This document shows, piece by piece, positions 1-10,003 of a DNA stretch of 64,000 bases; position 1 is the first letter of the stretch; every line of letters begins with the position of its first letter. Made by a program: the position numbers and the translations under genes. This stretch comes from an uncultured Candidatus Binatia bacterium. GTDB lineage: Bacteria; Desulfobacterota; Binatia; Bin18. Below the pieces are notes generated by a model. That model did not search any database, had not been told where the DNA came from, and saw only the letters and a list, made by a program, of their open reading frames with translations. The DNA is taken from contig OZ241744.1 of NCBI GenBank assembly GCA_965200965.1, positions 2,432,001-2,496,000 of the forward strand, read 5' to 3'.

Positions 1-886
1 GACTTTTTGCGTGATCTTCTATCGCTCTCTTCAACCCTTCGACCCGCTTGCCGTGCAGATGCTTTGCACCCAGCAATTTGACATCGGCAGTAAGTATGGA
101 GTAATGGTCCTCGCCCCCCTCATCAGCTAGTCTGAACGAGCATACATCCAATGTACTTGCTCCAATATCCACCAGGAGATGGAGACCTTCATCTCGGAGC
201 GGGGATCGGGCATAGCCGACTACCTCAGCGATAACTTCCGGGATTAGATTGAAATTGAAATCGCATTCATCTTCCTTCTCATTTTTGATGTCTTTGACAG
301 CCTCTTCAGCACTGGCAAGCGTGGCTGATTGTCGTTGAGAGGCGAGCCAAGCAGCTTTGCCAACCAAAGCGAAAATTTCCCCAAGTCTGGGGTCGTTCTT
401 GATTGCAGCGGGCAGCCCCAAGTTGAAAGATCAGTCAAGCCGTAAATCTACAAAGGCTTTTCTCTGAGTTTGCAAGAACCAGCGGCGGACGTAGCGTAAC
501 ACCAACGCCAGATAAGCCGTTGCGACTGTAGCCGCTGACGCATCGCAAGGTGGACCGGAGACGGGGGCAATAATCTTATCCGGCTCTCCCATCAAACCGA
601 TCTTAATATCGGTCAAAAGCGAAGCATCTGGAGCAGATTCTAGTGAACAGCAGCCATTCCGTTTCACAAACAGCTTTGTCGGCAGCAGGTATTTTGAATT
701 CTCGTGAGCGAAGTTGCCAAACGGAACCGCAAACGCAGGCTCTCCAGGAAAATTGAAAACATGTACGACAGCCTTTGTTGATGATGTTCCAAAATCGAGC
801 CCTAGAACAATTTCGATTTTCCCAGAGCCGTCCGTCCCGTCAAACTGTAAAGCGTCCTCTGGAGTACCATCAGTTTCGTTTTCCAT
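1..886 (-). pseudogene. Actin-like/Hsp70-fold ATPase interrupted by one in-frame TGA at 431-433; runs off the window start
   Basis: ORF 886-431 has the phosphate-1 motif LGLDFGTSSTK. The same frame continues past TGA without a stop (SFNLGLPAA...IPEVIAEVVGY...LLVDIGASTLDV, the phosphate-2 motif) to base 1. Confidence 0.8.
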
Positions 887-898
887 AAGCTCCTCTAT

Positions 899-3800
899 TT
901 ATTCGATCAACACCAGCGCAACGAAAATGGCTTCACACCGATGTTTTACTTTCCGATGCTTATTGATTTCCGATTTCTGGAGTTCATACCTCTCTTCGAG
1001 TGCTCGCAAGCGTCCTTCGTTTGCGGGTATCAGTTGCGTTCGTCCGGTCTCTCGTAGTCTGTTTATCGTCCGCTGGATAACCCCACGTTGTTTTGAGACA
1101 TGTCTATCAAGATTTCTTTCTTGAATATCTGCCCGATCCGCGTTTTGGGCCTCCTCCTCTTTGACAAACCTCTCGAAACGTTTATCAAGTTCGCCGAGGG
1201 TATCGTTGGCAATATCGTGGGCACGGTTCAAATCGCATTGGGATCTCGCCTCCAGCCATCGATTTCCTTTGAAGGCGCAAAGACTGGCCATACGTTCCGC
1301 CTGGAGTTCTCCGAGGAGTTTATCGGGCCGCTCCAAATGAACAGCCTCATAGACAAGCTTCTCAATATCACGAAGACCTTGAACAGACCAGAGAGAAGCC
1401 ACTAGTACATAAATACCAGTCTCAAAGTCTCCCGCCGCCATCCTCACAGCTACCGCCGGTCGTGTCTGCTCAGCAGTTTCGGAGATCTTCTCGCTGATGA
1501 AGCGAACCAAGGGGTGGAATTGAGAGATGATTTCTTTCCTTGTACGAGTTTCGGGACGTACGAGATTTTCAAATCGGCATACCACAGGGCTGGAGGTGCT
1601 TTGCGTTAGCCGTGTTTGACCTGTTAGATGTTTTTGTCTCGCAAATTCTGACAAATCGTGCTTGGCCTGGGTGGTCAGCGAAAGTTGATATTCGTGGTTC
1701 TCATTTTCCCCGTCCGTTTTCAACAAACGGCAGCCAGGATAGTGAATGTTCAGAAAGTCAGTAACATAGGAGAACAGATCATCTCCGTCGATCCAACGAT
1801 TTGTCTCCTTCGCAGCCTGAACCTGCCGAAGAATATAGTCTCCGTATGCCACCAGATGGGCAGCTTCCGATTCGAGGCGCTCCTCTTCCTGTTTTTTTGT
1901 CTCTAGCGCCAGAGCCGTTTGGGCGATTCGGTCTTCCTGTTGAGCAGGCGTTAGATGGTCAGTGAAGAGATCGTGGACAAGTCTTTTTACTTCCTTGCCA
2001 AGAATTTCCTCAAAATCTCCCAGCGCGCTACGGCACAAATCCAACTTGTCGTATAGACACTCATATATTCTGGCGTCCACGGTTTCAGCATAAAAGAGGT
2101 TCCAGATCAGAACCTTGTCCGCTTTCTGGCCGATACGATCTATGCGTCCTATTCGTTGTTCGACTTGCATCGGATTCCACGGGAGATCGTAGTTAATCAC
2201 GACCCGGGAGAACTGGAGATCAACGCCTTCGCTACCCACCTCGGATGACAAAAGTACAGGAGGACCGTTAGACGATCTGAACTCCCGAATAATGTCATCC
2301 TTCGTTCTGTTCCCTCCACCCTGAAGGATGATGCTCTGAATCCCGTCCTCGCTAAGCCGCTCCTGAAGATGGGCAAGGGTTGCTCGAAACGTGGAGAAGA
2401 CAATAATCTTGTCCTTTGGATGAGCAGTGAAAAATTCTTGTAGGACCTCGTGCAGCCGCTTATATTTACTGTCATTCTCGACAAGCGCATCAAAGCCGGC
2501 AATATCATCTGAATGAGCCACATGAGCCACCAGTTTCTCCGTCAATGGGCCGAGTTGCTGGCGGTGCTTATCCTCATCCGTCGATGAAAACTCATCTTGG
2601 CTGATTTCTACTCGCCGTTTCTCCCATGTCTTCAGAGCGGCCGGCATACAGCTCGCCATCTGGCGCTGAGGTGTTACGAGAAGGAATGCTTCGTTGACAC
2701 CACGTTCCAGACAGTAGTCGATCACGATGTCCGTTACGGCCTTGTAGAATTTCCGTTCCACCTCCGTCATGAAGATGAATTCGGGTTTCGGGTCACGAAC
2801 GATCCGCCATTCCTGAACATCCCGCTTCCGGGTGCGGGTTACAGCATGTCCCAGGAGATTAATGGTCTCAAGACGATAGGCGATCTGGCTCCGCTCCGAG
2901 AGGGAGTCCAGTTTCCTGTCATCAATTCCCTCCAACAGAGTTTCGAGTTGTCGATTGCCCTCCAAGATACGGTTGCGCTTGGCCTCCCGGAGAAGGGATA
3001 TTAACTCTTGTGGCCCAGCTTCTCCTCCGAGCACTAAGTCTCGCGCGCGCACTAATGGCTCGTTGGCTTTCAGAATCTCAACAAAGTCCTCCTGTCGTTC
3101 AAATGTGTCGGGGTCGAGGAGCTGGAGTAGAGAAAAGATGTCACGGCTATGGTTGTGAATTGGTGTAGCTGTCAGCAGGACGAGGTATTCGGAAACGTTG
3201 CGCATCAATTGCCCAAGGCGGTTGGTTTGGGTTTCTGGGTTGCGCATATGATGGGCTTCGTCAATCACAAGCAGGTCCACTAGCCGTTCCTCGTTTTCCA
3301 TAGACCTGAGAAACCGGGCCAATTCAGCGGTGTTCGATTTTGTTTCATTGGGGTCGTCCTGGTGTCGAGGCGGACGCAACCCCTGTGTGCTTGCGATGAT
3401 CGTAAATCCCCTGGTTTGATCCTCGCTGCTCCTGAGCGTTCTCAGAGTTTCCTCTGGATCGCAAATGATTGGAGAAAGACCCATTTTGCCGGAGAGTTCG
3501 TCCCGCCACTTCTCTCGCAACGCAGCCGGACACAGCACGACAAGCCTGTTCAAATCAAAGCGACTTTTTAACTCGGTCCATATCAAGCCGGCCTCAATAG
3601 TCTTGCCAAGCCCGACTTCGTCCGCTATCAGAAGGCCGTTGGTCGGAGTCTGAAGGAGCTTCAGAACAGGCTTAAACTGATAGGCGTAGAAATCGGTGTT
3701 TGTCGCTTCCATGCTGTATATGATGTCCGCCAATCGCCCCGTAAGCCGGACATGGGTCAAGGTTCTCCGCAGGTTATCAGGCGTCCCCAACTTCCCCTTC

Positions 3801-4012
3801 TCAAGCAAATCAAGCGGGTCCATCTGCTCTTCAGGTTGGAGTTCGAGTTGGTCTTCATAGACTAGCGCAGTTTTGTCGGGAAAGCGGACCTGGAACAGAC
3901 GCCGGCCCTTTCTCATTTTGGGTTTCGCGTTCGTCAGCACACCGGTCCGCAACGGATCGTTGACTAGCCGAACCCGCGTTCCAGGCCGCAAATTTTCCTC
4001 AGTCGGTCGCAT
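899..4012 (-). CDS. SNF2-family (RapA/HepA/DrmD-like) helicase/ATPase
   Basis: 1037 aa with motifs LIADEVGLGKT, DEAHH, LTATP, SEVGSEGVDLQ and YDLPWNPMQVEQRIGRIDRIGQ; coiled-coil-like C-terminus; lower GC than the flank. Confidence 0.92.
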   Translation of the reverse strand: MRPTEENLRPGTRVRLVNDPLRTGVLTNAKPKMRKGRRLFQVRFPDKTALVYEDQLELQPEEQMDPLDLLEKGKLGTPDNLRRTLTHVRLTGRLADIIYSMEATNTDFYAYQFKPVLKLLQTPTNGLLIADEVGLGKTIEAGLIWTELKSRFDLNRLVVLCPAALREKWRDELSGKMGLSPIICDPEETLRTLRSSEDQTRGFTIIASTQGLRPPRHQDDPNETKSNTAELARFLRSMENEERLVDLLVIDEAHHMRNPETQTNRLGQLMRNVSEYLVLLTATPIHNHSRDIFSLLQLLDPDTFERQEDFVEILKANEPLVRARDLVLGGEAGPQELISLLREAKRNRILEGNRQLETLLEGIDDRKLDSLSERSQIAYRLETINLLGHAVTRTRKRDVQEWRIVRDPKPEFIFMTEVERKFYKAVTDIVIDYCLERGVNEAFLLVTPQRQMASCMPAALKTWEKRRVEISQDEFSSTDEDKHRQQLGPLTEKLVAHVAHSDDIAGFDALVENDSKYKRLHEVLQEFFTAHPKDKIIVFSTFRATLAHLQERLSEDGIQSIILQGGGNRTKDDIIREFRSSNGPPVLLSSEVGSEGVDLQFSRVVINYDLPWNPMQVEQRIGRIDRIGQKADKVLIWNLFYAETVDARIYECLYDKLDLCRSALGDFEEILGKEVKRLVHDLFTDHLTPAQQEDRIAQTALALETKKQEEERLESEAAHLVAYGDYILRQVQAAKETNRWIDGDDLFSYVTDFLNIHYPGCRLLKTDGENENHEYQLSLTTQAKHDLSEFARQKHLTGQTRLTQSTSSPVVCRFENLVRPETRTRKEIISQFHPLVRFISEKISETAEQTRPAVAVRMAAGDFETGIYVLVASLWSVQGLRDIEKLVYEAVHLERPDKLLGELQAERMASLCAFKGNRWLEARSQCDLNRAHDIANDTLGELDKRFERFVKEEEAQNADRADIQERNLDRHVSKQRGVIQRTINRLRETGRTQLIPANEGRLRALEERYELQKSEINKHRKVKHRCEAIFVALVLIE

Positions 4013-4086
4013 GAATATCTCTCAATTTAGGTGATCGTCTATTAGGATTTATCGGGGCTTCGCACTGTCATGGACACTTCCCCCTC

Positions 4087-4878
4087 TCATCTTGCCCTGG
4101 CCGCCTCAAGCAGCCGGCCCGGAAAGTCGGACATGAGCCCGTCTACGCCGAGTTCCAACAAGCGTTCCATATCGGCTCGGTCATTGATCGTCCACACATG
4201 GACTTCCGCCCCAAGCTCGTGGATAGCCGCCACCGTCTGGGGCGTGACCAGGGCGACGCCCCCGTATTCGGGCGGGATTTGAAACGCCCGGGCGGGCGGG
4301 CGGTAGTCGCCGAGCTGCCGGCGCAAGACCCGCTGCATGAACGCGACCACCTCTCCGGACGAGCAGTTGGTGGCGATATCCGGGGCCAGGCTTCTGACCC
4401 GGGTCACAACCGCGTCATGCTCTGAGGCCAGAATAAGCGCGTCGGCCATGTTGCATTCCCGCACCACGGCAATCACCTGCTCTTCTATTGGCGGCTCTGT
4501 CTGTTTGATTTCAACCGTGAACCGGACCTGCGGGAAGCGGCGCAGCACATCGGCGAGGAGAGAGATGATCACGCCTTGGCCCCGAAACGGAAACGTGTTG
4601 CCGGCGTCGGGGGTAAAGTGATAGCCGGCGTCAAGCCTTTGCAGCTCGGCCAGGCCGTGTTCCCTGACCAGCCCGTGGCCGTTGGTCGTGCGCTCCAGGG
4701 TCTCGTCGTGGATGACCACCACATGGCCGTCCTGGCTCAGATGCACATCCAACTCCATGTAGACAGCCCCCAGAGCCGCGGCCCGCTCGAACGCCGGCAG
4801 GGTATTTTCCGGGGCCTCGCCACTCGCCCCCCGGTGGGCGAACAGCCGGGGGACAGGGCCGGTGAAAAAATCGCTCAT
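4087..4878 (-). CDS. Glycerophosphodiester phosphodiesterase
   Basis: AHRGASGEAPENT, ELDVHLSQDG..VVIHDETLERTT, VHVWTIND, GVDGLMSDFP. Confidence 0.92.
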   Translation of the reverse strand: MSDFFTGPVPRLFAHRGASGEAPENTLPAFERAAALGAVYMELDVHLSQDGHVVVIHDETLERTTNGHGLVREHGLAELQRLDAGYHFTPDAGNTFPFRGQGVIISLLADVLRRFPQVRFTVEIKQTEPPIEEQVIAVVRECNMADALILASEHDAVVTRVRSLAPDIATNCSSGEVVAFMQRVLRRQLGDYRPPARAFQIPPEYGGVALVTPQTVAAIHELGAEVHVWTINDRADMERLLELGVDGLMSDFPGRLLEAARAR

Positions 4879-4890
4879 CCAGCGCGCTCC

Positions 4891-6231
4891 TCAACTCGAT
4901 ACCGTCAGGCCCTCGAGCAGTACCGCGGGGATGAACAGCCGGCTCAGGTTGGGCTGATAGACATTGCCGCGCACACGGATGGCTTTGAGCGCGTCGAAAA
5001 AATTGCCGGCAATCGTAACGCTGTCAACAGCCTGTTTACGCTGGCCGTTTTCGACCCAGAAGCCCTGGACGCCAATGGAAATATCGCCGCTCAGCGGGTT
5101 ACAGCCGGCCGCGCCTTCAAGCTCAGTCACCAGCAGGCATTGTTCTGGCAGGCCGACGAGGGCGTCCAGGCTGTGCGAGCCGGTCGGCATGACGATATTA
5201 TGCCCTGATGTCACAATACCGCTGCTGTAGCTCCGCCCGGCGTGGCCGTTGGACTCGCGTCCGTCCCGACGCGCCGACTCAGTATGATACATGAACTCAG
5301 CAAACCGCCCTTGGGCAATCAGCGCAACGGGGCGGGTGGGGGTGCCTTCGGCGTCCATATAGCGCGAGCTGCCGGCCCCGACCCGGTGGGGCTCGGCGGT
5401 CAGACTGAGTAACTCGTCGGCGATCATCTCGCCCAGCCGGCCCTGGAGGCGGGACTGCCCCTTTTGGGCCGCCTCGGCCGAGAAGCAGCCCAGGTAGAGG
5501 CCGAGCAGTTGTGGAGCGCAGTACTCGTCAAGCACGACCGGCACCTGTCCGCCGGGCACAGAGCCAGCCGTCAGCAGGTCGGCGGCTTTGCGGACCGCGG
5601 TGTTGCCAATGATCGCGCTCTGGCCCGGGTCCCACCCCCGTTCGGCCCACATATGCCCGCCGCTCTTGCGGCGCTCGCCGTCTTCAAGCAGAGCCTGGCA
5701 ATAGGCCCCAACGCTGTTCTGGCGCTGCTGGTAATCAACCCCGTGGGTTGACACAATGCGGTACTCAGAGCTGGACCGCGACACACCCAGGTAGGGAATT
5801 GCGGTCACCCGGGCGTCAGCCTGACGGGCGGTCGCCTCAATGTCCAGACCAAAAGCGCCCAACTCGTCTACCGTCAGTCGCTCAATGGCAGGATTCAACA
5901 GCCCGAGTTGCCGGGGGTCGGGAAGGCTGGCGGCGGCTTGGGGCAGCATCACTTCGGTCGGATCGTTGAGCAGGGCGTTTTCCCTGGCCGATCGGAAGGT
6001 TTTTTCCAGGACCGCGGGTTCCAGACGCTCGGTTGAGGCGAGGCCGGTCCGGCCCTGATGGACCACCCGGATGCCGAGGCCCAGCGCGGTCGCCTGGTCA
6101 ACCTTCTCAACCTGGCCGTTCAGCACACGCAGCGACAACTGCTCGCTCCGCTCGATAATCAGGTCAACATCAGGCTCGCCGTTGTCGCGGGCCAGGGACA
6201 GCACATAGTCCACCGCGGCCTGCTGCTCCAT
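4891..6231 (-). CDS. pmbA: TldE/PmbA family protein
   Basis: Likely start MEQQAAV abutting the tldD stop; GLGIRV, DAEG, GFWVENG..VDSVTIAGN; lacks HExxGH. Confidence 0.85.
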   Translation of the reverse strand: MEQQAAVDYVLSLARDNGEPDVDLIIERSEQLSLRVLNGQVEKVDQATALGLGIRVVHQGRTGLASTERLEPAVLEKTFRSARENALLNDPTEVMLPQAAASLPDPRQLGLLNPAIERLTVDELGAFGLDIEATARQADARVTAIPYLGVSRSSSEYRIVSTHGVDYQQRQNSVGAYCQALLEDGERRKSGGHMWAERGWDPGQSAIIGNTAVRKAADLLTAGSVPGGQVPVVLDEYCAPQLLGLYLGCFSAEAAQKGQSRLQGRLGEMIADELLSLTAEPHRVGAGSSRYMDAEGTPTRPVALIAQGRFAEFMYHTESARRDGRESNGHAGRSYSSGIVTSGHNIVMPTGSHSLDALVGLPEQCLLVTELEGAAGCNPLSGDISIGVQGFWVENGQRKQAVDSVTIAGNFFDALKAIRVRGNVYQPNLSRLFIPAVLLEGLTVSS

Positions 6232-7604
6232 CAGCGGCCTCCGACCAGGATGGCGTCGACTTTCAGCGTCGGCTGGCCAACCGTGGTCGGCACCCAGCCG
6301 CTTGACGCGCCACACATGCCGGCGGCAAACTCCAGGTCGTTGCCGACCATTGAGATGCGCGGCAGGATTTCGTAGCCCTTGCCGATCAGGGTGGCCCCCC
6401 GCACCGGCTCGGCAATTATGCCGTTCCGGACGATGTAGCCCTCCTGCACAGCAAAGTTGAACTCGCCGGTCGAAGGGTCAACCGAGCCGCCGCCCATCTT
6501 TTTGGCGTACAGCCCAGAGTCAACCGAGGCGATCATCTCTTCGGGCGTATGCGGCCCGTTGTCAATATAGGTGTTACGCATCCGCGACACCGGCGCGAAC
6601 TTGTACGACTCACGGCGGCCCGAGCCGGTCTGGGGTACGCCGACTTGGCGGGCACCGATACGGTCGGCCAGATAGGCTTTGAGCACACCGTTTTCAATCA
6701 ACACCGTCCGTTTGGCCGGCGTGCCCTCATCATCAACGTTCAAAGACCCCCAGTGATGGCGAAGCGTACCATCGTCAATTGCCGTCAGCACGGATTGGGC
6801 GACGGTCTGGCCGACCTTGCCGACAAACGGAGAGGCGTTCTTGCGGATGGCTTCGGTCTCCAGCGGATGGCCGCAGGCTTCGTGGAAGATCACCCCGCCA
6901 AAGCCGTTGCCAATAATCACTGGCATCATACCGCCCTCAATATAGCCGGCCTTGGCCATACGGATGGCCCGCTGTCCGGCATCGTGGGCCAGGGCGGCTA
7001 AATCAAGGTCCTGAAAAAACTCGTAGCCGCCCAACACTCCGGGGCTTTCCATCGCCGTCTGCGGGCCGTCGCCATCCTCGGCAATCGCGCTGAGCCGCAG
7101 CCGGGAGTAGTGCGAGGAATCCTCAACCCACAGACCCTCACTATTGGCAATCAGGACCGAGCGTTGTTTCTCGGCCACCGAGGCCCCGACCTGACGAATG
7201 GCCGAGCCGGCCTGGCGGGTCAGGTCGTCGAGTTGACGCAGCAACTCAACCCGCTCGTGTTTGGACACGCTGGCTGGATCGATCATCACCGGATGTCGGT
7301 CGGCTACCTGTTCCTTGTGAAAGGCGGCCGGCAACCCGCCCGCCTTGGCCTCACGCACCAGATTCGAGGTCAGCCGCAGCAGCACATCTTCTGACACGTC
7401 ACTGCTGTAGCCATAGGCAGACTCATCGCCGAACAACAGACGAATGCCGACGCCAAAGGCGTTGCCGGAGTTAATCCGGTCGAGCTGCTGTTCCAGAAAG
7501 CCAATGGACGAGGTTTGGGATTCTTCGACAAAGACCTCGACAAAATCCGCGCCGCGGCTCAGGCCAAGGTCCAGAATCTTTCGGACGGTTGTTTCAGCCA
7601 GCAT
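6231..7604 (-). CDS. tldD: TldD metalloprotease
   Basis: FHEACGHPLE zinc motif, DDEG, RMRNTYI, C-terminal GMCG..SG..P..VGQPT. Confidence 0.93.
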   Translation of the reverse strand: MLAETTVRKILDLGLSRGADFVEVFVEESQTSSIGFLEQQLDRINSGNAFGVGIRLLFGDESAYGYSSDVSEDVLLRLTSNLVREAKAGGLPAAFHKEQVADRHPVMIDPASVSKHERVELLRQLDDLTRQAGSAIRQVGASVAEKQRSVLIANSEGLWVEDSSHYSRLRLSAIAEDGDGPQTAMESPGVLGGYEFFQDLDLAALAHDAGQRAIRMAKAGYIEGGMMPVIIGNGFGGVIFHEACGHPLETEAIRKNASPFVGKVGQTVAQSVLTAIDDGTLRHHWGSLNVDDEGTPAKRTVLIENGVLKAYLADRIGARQVGVPQTGSGRRESYKFAPVSRMRNTYIDNGPHTPEEMIASVDSGLYAKKMGGGSVDPSTGEFNFAVQEGYIVRNGIIAEPVRGATLIGKGYEILPRISMVGNDLEFAAGMCGASSGWVPTTVGQPTLKVDAILVGGR

Positions 7605-7618
7605 AGCGATTCCTCCTG

Positions 7619-7670
7619 AAAGATGCCTCGTCTTGTCTTCCTCTCGAGTCGGTTAAGACGACGCCTCTTT
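7619..7670 (+). repeat. Palindromic MITE/RPE-like element, subfamily A (degenerate), in the 5' region of tldD
   Basis: Arms aaagatgcctcgtctt / aagacgacgcctcttt (14/16 complementary); core cgtcttgtcttcctctcgagtcggttaagacg matches the copies at 45245 and 58762. Confidence 0.85.
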
Positions 7671-7732
7671 GGGTACGACCCTATGCTTTAGCATAGCGGG
7701 CCGGGGAGGCGAAAGGCCGGGCCGATGGACAG

Positions 7733-8494
7733 TCAAACACTCCGCGCCTGCTTGATAGTCTCGTAGGCGAGTGAAAACTCCTTACATCGCTCTTCGGCAA
7801 AACGCTTCATCTCCTCTGGCAGACCCTTTGATTCCAGCTTATCCGGGTGGAAGTCCTTCATCCGGCTGCGGTACGCCTTCTGTATTTCGGCCTCAGAGGC
7901 ATCTCGCCTGACACCGAGCACTTCATAGGCCTCTTCAAGACTCGCATCGCCTGTGTCTTCGTGGCTCTCGGCACGAATCTCTGCTTCGAGCTTGTCAATT
8001 TGCGATTGGTCAAGTCCGATTCTGGACGCAATGTCGCCTAAGACGCTCCGTTCTCCAGTATCCATCAGATCATCGGCATACGCGACGCGCAGCAGTATCC
8101 AGAGAAAAAGGTTCAGCATGTCAGGGTCGTCGCTGCATTCACGGCGAAACTGCTGTAGAACATCGTCAAGCGGGAACCTGGGTGCCTTTCCCTCTCGGAA
8201 GAGATTTTTCGCAAACTCGCGTTCCTCCGAATTGAGTCCAAGTTCGCCCATCAGGGACGTTACAAAACGGATTTCTTCTTCAGAAATACGCCCATCCGCC
8301 TTGGCGACATAGCCCATTGTTGCGAATACGGTGCTGAAAAACACCGTTTGGATGCGTTCTTGTCCGTTTTCAGACTCAGCGTCGTCTTCAGACCGACCAA
8401 GCCCATAGCCGACTGCTGCCCCGACAATTCCCCCTATCGGACCGCCGATCGCCATGCCCAGGCCGGCACCCGTCAGTGTGCTGAACCATCCCAT
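7733..8494 (-). CDS. djlA: DjlA-like co-chaperone (N-terminal TM, TerB-like domain, J domain)
   Basis: MGWFSTLTGAGLG..GGPIGG, VAKADGRISEEE, C-terminal YEVLGV...FHPDK; AGGAG RBS before ATG 8494. Confidence 0.88.
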   Translation of the reverse strand: MGWFSTLTGAGLGMAIGGPIGGIVGAAVGYGLGRSEDDAESENGQERIQTVFFSTVFATMGYVAKADGRISEEEIRFVTSLMGELGLNSEEREFAKNLFREGKAPRFPLDDVLQQFRRECSDDPDMLNLFLWILLRVAYADDLMDTGERSVLGDIASRIGLDQSQIDKLEAEIRAESHEDTGDASLEEAYEVLGVRRDASEAEIQKAYRSRMKDFHPDKLESKGLPEEMKRFAEERCKEFSLAYETIKQARSV

Positions 8495-8636
8495 CTCCTG
8501 CTCTCCTCGGTGTACAGTCGCTAGGCTGAACTTTTGACAAACCTGATCGGCAATTTCAACGGCAACGTGACCGAAAACTTGATCCGGGGCCGCGCCAGTG
8601 CTAGGCTCGCCTCGCTTTTCCTGGGGGTACACGACT

Positions 8637-9296
8637 ATGAACGGTCCACACGATATGGGCGGCATGACGTGTTACGGCCCGGTCGAACGAGAGGACAACG
8701 AGCCGTTCTTCCACGCCGACTGGGAGCGGCGGGTGTTTGCCCTGACCATGCTGTCGCTCGGAGGCGTGGCCAATCTTGACGAGTTTCGGCACGCCATTGA
8801 GCGCATGGACCCGGTTCACTATCTGGCGTCGAGCTACTACGAGCACTGGCTGGCCGCCCTGGAAACGCTGGCTGTGGAAAAAGGGGTGCTCGCTCCGCAA
8901 GAGCTGGCATCAGGAAGGCTCCAGGGCCGAGCGGCTGAGACGCCCGGGCCGCTGCCGGCCGGGGTCGTGGCCGAAGTCGTCCGTCGGGGGGTCTCAGCCG
9001 GACGCGACAGTGGCCGCCTCACCCCACGCTTTGCCCCTGGCGACCGGGTGGTGGCCCGCAATATCAACCCCAGTGGTCATACCCGGCTGCCGCGCTATGC
9101 GCGTGGCAAGCCGGGCCGTATCGAGCGCGCCCACGGCACGTTTGTGTACCCGGACAGCAACGCCCACGGCAGCGGCGAACAGGCCCAGCCCTTGTATTCG
9201 GTCTGTTTCGAGGCCCAGACCCTGTGGGGTCCTGACACGCCGAGCCGCGACAGGGTGTACATTGACTTATGGGAAGATCATTTGGAATCCGCATGA
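8637..9296 (+). CDS. nthB: Nitrile hydratase beta subunit
   Basis: [42 protein letters not shown]. Confidence 0.95.
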   Translation: MNGPHDMGGMTCYGPVEREDNEPFFHADWERRVFALTMLSLGGVANLDEFRHAIERMDPVHYLASSYYEHWLAALETLAVEKGVLAPQELASGRLQGRAAETPGPLPAGVVAEVVRRGVSAGRDSGRLTPRFAPGDRVVARNINPSGHTRLPRYARGKPGRIERAHGTFVYPDSNAHGSGEQAQPLYSVCFEAQTLWGPDTPSRDRVYIDLWEDHLESA

Positions 9297-9306
9297 GGAC
9301 AAGCCT

Positions 9307-9966
9307 ATGAGCAACGATCGCCATCAGGCTCCCCCCGACCCCAGGCTCGAAAAGCGCCACACGCCCGAGCAAACCCAGGCCCTGGAAGAACGGGTCAAGG
9401 CGCTCGAGTCGATGTTGACCCAAAAGGGTCTGGTCGCTACCGACTCGCTCGACAAGATCGTCGAGCTGTACGAAAACGACCTCGGGCCGCTCAAGGGGGC
9501 CAAGGTTGTTGCCCGAGCCTGGGTTGACCCGGCCTATAAACGGCGCTTGCTGAGCAAGGCCACTGCGGCCATTGAAGAGTTGGGCTTGGGGGGGTTGCAG
9601 GGCGAACATATGGTTGTGGCCGAGAACACGCCAACGACCCATAATGTTGTCGTGTGTACGCTGTGCTCGTGTTACCCCTGGCCGGTCCTGGGCCTTCCGC
9701 CGACCTGGTTCAAGAGCGCCCCGTACCGCTCGCGGGTGGTCATTGACCCGCGTAGTGTGCTCCGCGAATTCGGCCTGGATCTGGACGAATCGGTCGCCGT
9801 CCGGGTGTGGGACAGCAGCGCCGAGATTCGGTATATGGTGCTGCCCGAACGGCCGAGCGGGACAGAAAACCTGACCGAGGAAGAGTTGGCCCAGCTTGTT
9901 GACCGGGACTCCATGATTGGCGTGACCAAGGTCGGCTTTGAGCCCATCCACGAAGGTGAACGATGA
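9307..9966 (+). CDS. nthA: Cobalt-type nitrile hydratase alpha subunit
   Basis: Metal site [11 protein letters not shown] (Thr/Tyr pattern of the Co-type), [23 protein letters not shown]. Confidence 0.95.
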   Translation: MSNDRHQAPPDPRLEKRHTPEQTQALEERVKALESMLTQKGLVATDSLDKIVELYENDLGPLKGAKVVARAWVDPAYKRRLLSKATAAIEELGLGGLQGEHMVVAENTPTTHNVVVCTLCSCYPWPVLGLPPTWFKSAPYRSRVVIDPRSVLREFGLDLDESVAVRVWDSSAEIRYMVLPERPSGTENLTEEELAQLVDRDSMIGVTKVGFEPIHEGER

Positions 9967-10003
9967 TGACCGATGGATATGAGAAGAACTCATCATTCAC
10001 CTT
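9953..10003 (+). repeat. Palindromic MITE/RPE-like element, subfamily B, overlapping the nthA stop
   Basis: Arms aaggtgaacgatga / tcatcattcacctt (13/14 complementary), 51 bp; same termini as 44224-44303. Confidence 0.85.

Noticed and set aside
431-433. Selenocysteine or genetic code 4/25 recoding
   Set aside because: TGA is used as a stop by many genes in the window, the position does not look like a catalytic Cys, and no clear SECIS hairpin was seen.
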